Shown here one piece after another: positions 59,449 through 64,000 of a stretch of DNA of 64,000 nucleotides. How positions within the stretch are numbered: position 1 is the first letter of the stretch; each line of letters opens with the position of its first letter. The DNA is taken from NCBI GenBank assembly GCA_002269645.1, contig NIVC01000517.1, positions 27,043 to 91,042 on the forward strand, written 5' to 3'. The translations under genes and the position numbers were made by a program. The notes beneath the pieces were generated by a model, which was given only the letters and a program-made list of their open reading frames with translations, did no database searches and was not told the origin of the DNA. Source of the DNA: Macrostomum lignano (Eukaryota).

Positions 59449-62400
59449 TTAAACAACCAGCTGACGCAGTCGATCATCGCAAGCACTCTTATAATCAATC
59501 AGACTGGCCTGCAACTTGGCGTACCAAGGCTGTGCAGGCGGCCCTAATAAACGAAGGCCTTCGCGCACCTGCAGTATCTGGGTGTAGGGCAGGCAGCGCT
59601 GCGGAGCCGCTGTTGCAGACCTCCCCGACTCGAGCGCTGCTAAGCGAGCCGACTCAACTAGGCGACGACTCAATTCGGCTGCCTCTTCAACTCGATCGTG
59701 AGCGATGTACAGCCGGAGTAGGCCGGCCGGATCCCGCTCGGTGTACAGCTTGATCAGCCAGGCTGGCAGGGGATAGTCTAGTAGAAGTAGGCGACGAACG
59801 ATCGCTTCCAGACCGGGAGCGCCTGGCCAATCGTAGCGCTCGGTGTAGAGCTGTGGAGCATGATAGAGGAATTGGCTTAATATGTTTTCTATATCTTAGA
59901 CCATAGACTAATTAGGGATCTGGGATCATAGCCAAATTAAGGATCTAGGATCACAGCCTAATTGAGAAACGGATCATAGTCAAATTGAGAATCTGGAATC
60001 ATAGCCTAATTGAGGATCTTTGATTATAGCCTAATTAGGGATCTGGGATCATAGCCAAATTAAGGATCTGGGATCATAGCTAATTGGGTAGCTGGGACCA
60101 TGGTCTAATAGGAATCTGAGATCATAGTCTAATTAGAAATCTGGGATCATAGTCTAATTAGGAAGCTGGGAACATGCTCAAATTGAGAATCTGGAATCAT
60201 AGCCTAATTGAGGATCTTTAATTATAGCCTAATTAGGGATCTGGGATCATAGCCCAATTAGGGATCTGGGATCATAGCCAAATTAAGGATCTGGGATCAT
60301 AGCTAATTGGGTAGCTGGGACCATGGTCTAATAGGAATCTGAGATCATAGTCTAATTAGAAATCTGGGATCATAGTCTAATTAGGAATCTGGGACCATGC
60401 TCAAATTGAGAATCTGGAGTCATAGCCTAATTGAGGATCTTTGATTATAGCCTAATTAGGGATCTGGGATCATAGCCCAATTAGGGATCTGGGATCATAG
60501 CCGAATTAAAGATCTGGGATCATAGCCTAATTGGGTAGCTGGGACCATGGTCTAAAAGGAATCTGAGATAATAGTCTAATTAGGAATCTGGGATCAAAGC
60601 CTAATTGAGGATCTGGGATCATAGCCTAATTGAGAATCTGGTATCATAGCCTAATTGAGGATCTGGGATCATAGCCTAGTTGAGGATCTGGGATCATAGC
60701 CTAATTAGGGATCTGGGAAGTGACAGTAATTTCTTACCTGCAACAGCGACCACAGACAGTCAGCTGGACTAGCGCCCTCGGCTGACGCGCCTTCTTCTTC
60801 CAGGGCCTCCTTGATGGCGGCAAACGATTCCTCGGTGGTGGACACGTAGCCGCTGGCGGTGACGGCAGCTCCGGCCAAAGATTCCAACAGCGGGGTCGGC
60901 GCCCTGTTGCAGCGGCGCAGCAGGCATTTGGCTTCGTGGTAGAGCCCTACGGACAGCAAGTCGGCGACAAGTTCGTCTAGGCCGAGCGTGGAATTGGCAG
61001 CGGTGGCTGCGGCTGCTGCGGCGGCGGAAGCCGATGCCGTTGTTGACGTTGCCGACGGATGACGCAGAGAGAGTTGCAGGTGGGCGCTCAGGATAGCGTA
61101 ACGGTGCTCAAGGTCGGCCAGCGTGAGCACGCGAACCGGGCGAGCCTGAGAGGGTTGAAATGGAGTACAGACACTCGTAAGTGATTGTGGACCCTGCTGA
61201 CACTCGATCTGACACTTGCTGACACTCGATCTGACACTTGCTGACACTAGATAATTACACCTACTGACACTAGATAATTACACCTACTGACACTAGATAA
61301 TTGCATCCACTGACACTAGATAATTACACCTACTGACACTAGATAATTACACCTACTGACACTGAATAATTACACTAACACTAGATAATTACACCTACTG
61401 ACACTAGATAATTGCATCCACTGACACTAGATAATTACACCTACTGATACTAGATAATTACACCTACTGACACTAGATAATTACACCTACTGACACTGAA
61501 TAATTACACTAACACTAGATATCACACGCAGATGACAAAAACTATGAGTCTAACAGACCTTCAGGACATTCAACTGAATAGCAAAATAATGACTCACTCA
61601 CCTCTTCATCTTTGTCATCGAAATCATCGTCATCAAAGCCGGCATCGCCGTCACCATCACCAGCGTCAGCAGCATCGCCAGCCTCCGCGCAATCTTCAAC
61701 AATCAGTTCCATAGCCGCCGCGCCGTCGCCGTTCGATCGGCCTTCAAAAGATTTCGTTTTCGATTTCTGCTGTTTACGCCGAAGCTGCTGCTGACCGTCG
61801 GACCCGTCTTCAAGCAGGTCCTCCGGCGCCGCCACCCACTGGTGCCTGGGCTCCAGCAGCCTCAAACAGCCGATGGCCGCTAGCAGAGCTCGAGCCTGTC
61901 TCTGGGCGGATTCGAACCCGGTCCGCTCTCTAGACAGCCTGGCCGACAATTCGTGCATAGCAGATGCGGCACGTTTAAAATCCGACCTACCGGTGTGATA
62001 GCAATAGAGCAGGTTATAATACACGTGCAGATTGGCGTCAACCGCTCGGGCTCGCATCTCCAATACGGAGACCAGAGCGTTGCCTAGCTGGCCGAAATTC
62101 AACTGCAACAGTGCGCCCAGCTGATCCCGATCGCTCAGCGTCACAACCAGATGCCGGATGCAGTCCAGCTGCACAGACGGGTCAGCCAGCTGTAGCATAG
62201 CGTCCAGGGCGCACTGATAGCGGCCCAGCTCTAACTCGTGCTTGAACACAGTGGCTAGCAATGGCAATTGGTAGCGGCTATTGTCAACAGTTGATTCCAG
62301 CACCCGGGACAGGCCTAGCCTGGCTAGCTCAACTATCTGCTCCGAGCAGCGCAACGGTTCAAGGACGCGCACCAGGTGCACGTATAGGCTGGCCCGGACA

Positions 62401-63666
62401 GAGTCCGACTGTGAGCGATGGCTCTGCTGCTGCTGCTGCGTACTGGGGCTGTCCAGTCCGGTTAGCTGAAGAAAGCTTGGATGGTACAGCGGCGGCGGCT
62501 GGCCGGCGCAAGAGGCTGCGCATTCGACTGTCTGCGGCGGGTGTTAAGAAAGGGGTTCTGGCTATGAAGGTTCGGGCCTTGAAGATTCAGGCTATGAAGA
62601 TTCAGGCTATGAAGGCTCAGGTTATGAAGATTTAGGTTATGAAGGTTCAGGCTATGAAGGCTCAGGTTATGAAGATTCAGGCTATGAAGATTCAGGCTAT
62701 GAAGGCTCAGGTTATGAAGATTTAGGTTATGAAGGTTCAGGCTATGAAGGTTCGGGTTATGAAGGCTCAGGTTATGAAGGTTCAGGCTATGAAGGTTCAG
62801 GCTATGAAGATTCAGGCCATGAAGATCCAGGCCATGAAGATCCAGGCCATGAAGATCCAGGCTATGAAGATTCAGGCTATGAAGATCCAGGCCATGAAGA
62901 TCCAGGCTATGAAGATTCAGGCTATCAAGGTTCAGGTTCTGAAGATTTAGGCTATGAAGATTCAGGCAATGAAGATTCAGGCTATGAAGATTCAGGTTAT
63001 CAAGAATCTGGTTATGAAGATTCAGGTTATGAAGGTTCTGGTTATGAAGATTCAGGTTATCAAGATTCAGGCTATGAAGGTTCAGGTTATGAAGATTCAG
63101 GTTATGAAGGTTCTGGTTATGAAGATTCAGGTTATCAAGATTCAGGCTATGAAGGTTCAGGTTATGAAGATTCAGGTTACGAAGATTCAGATTATTAAGG
63201 TTCAGGCTATCAAGATTCAGGCCATGAACATTCGGGCTATGAAGATTCAGGTTATCAAGGTTCAGGCCATGAAGGTTCGGGCTATGAAGATTCAGGTTAT
63301 CAAGGTTCAGGCCGCAATGAGCGACAGGGTTAGAAGGCCCAAAGGTCATTAATGAAAGTAGTACGTAAAATTTTAACCATTTAAAATTTCTAAAAAAACT
63401 TTTTACGAATAACGAAAATACATTAAGATCTAAAGTACTCTTCTCTCACCTGAGCCAGACAATCTACAGCCTCAGCTTTGGCTTCAGCTTCGGATCTATC
63501 AGACAAGCCGGGCTGATTTAGCAAAGCTAAGCCGCGCAGTGCGTACAGCAGAGCCGGGTCTGAGCGCACCCAGCCCAGACACATGCCAGTGTAGGAGTAC
63601 AGGTGTTCCAGCTGGCCAGACCACAGTAGAAATAGCGGAAACGATAGGCCGCCGCGCTCTGGGGAT
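59449..63666 (-). CDS. NUP160: Nuclear pore complex protein Nup160, C-terminal exons (5' part beyond the window end)
   Basis: Exons 63666-63450, 62465-61602 (VFKHELELG..LDCIRHLVVTL..LEMRARAVD..YYNLLY), 61145-60738 (VLTLADLE..LLSVGLY), 59850-59449 (YPLPAWLIKLY..LLRLY..LPYTQI). Motifs match the NUP160 C-terminal region. Confidence 0.92.
59900..60718. repeat. ~25-bp minisatellite GATCTGGGATCATAGCCTAATTGAG in the last NUP160 intron
   Basis: Directly visible, with larger duplicated variant blocks. Confidence 0.9.
61195..61525. repeat. 23-bp minisatellite CACCTACTGACACTAGATAATTA in a NUP160 intron
   Basis: Directly visible. Confidence 0.9.
62565..63312. repeat. 15-bp minisatellite GAAGATTCAGGCTAT in a NUP160 intron
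   Basis: Lies between donor 63449 and acceptor 62466. Confidence 0.93.
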
Positions 63667-63734
63667 CTGAAATACATTCAAGCATTATTCAGTATTACTT
63701 ATCTCGAGATGAAAAATGCGATACATGTAGGAGC

Positions 63735-64000
63735 GATTTGATTGGTCGAGGGACAGGGAGTGATTTTGTTAGCAGAGGAGGGGAAAGGGACAGGGAGCAA
63801 TCTGATTGGTTGAGGGTTAGAGAGGGACAGGGAGCAACCTGATTGGCTGAGGGGTAGAGAGGGACAGGGAGCGATCCGCTTGGTTAAGGGGTAGAGAGGA
63901 ACGAGGAGCAATCTGATTGGCTAAGGTGTAGAGGGGGACAGGGGTGATCTTATTGACTGAGGGGTAGAGAGGGACAGGGAGCGATCCGCTTGGCTAAGGG
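63735..64000. repeat. ~37-bp purine-rich minisatellite (GAGGGACAGGGAGCGATCCGCTTGGTTAAGGGGTAGA) in a NUP160 intron, continuing beyond the window
   Basis: Directly visible. Confidence 0.8.

Noticed and set aside
62462-63352. Pentapeptide-repeat protein (LNLHS / MKIQA ORFs)
   Set aside because: A 15-bp minisatellite lying wholly within the NUP160 intron 63449-62466; the open frames follow from the period being a multiple of 3.

Overview
Eukaryotic (animal) genomic DNA with spliceosomal introns. The GC-rich exons and minisatellite-stuffed introns suggest a flatworm such as Macrostomum, but this is inference only. The window has two architectural domains. LEFT (1-38.8 kb) is a cell-surface glycoprotein cluster with mostly ordinary introns. 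It holds the 3' part of one MUC4/SUSD2-like EGF-NIDO-AMOP-VWD-EGF-TM gene (frameshifted in this sequence), a transposon pile-up (hAT-like MITE, 3.3-kb foldback Tc1/mariner-like element, 2-kb solo LTR), and a complete second MUC4-like paralog (15758-23122). It also holds a 7-exon Rab GTPase absent from the ORF track (minus, 28637-23963), a 45 x 80-bp satellite between divergent promoters, and a ~1593-aa transmembrane mucin made almost entirely of T/E/P-rich repeats (33440-38525). RIGHT (39-64 kb) carries four co-oriented minus-strand conserved genes: NUP160 (partial), an SLC16/MCT-type transporter, UBE2J1 and NMD3. Nearly every long intron there, and apparently several UTR introns, is filled by its own minisatellite, often with a 23-25 bp period. 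All exon calls and alignments were done by eye; no searches were run.
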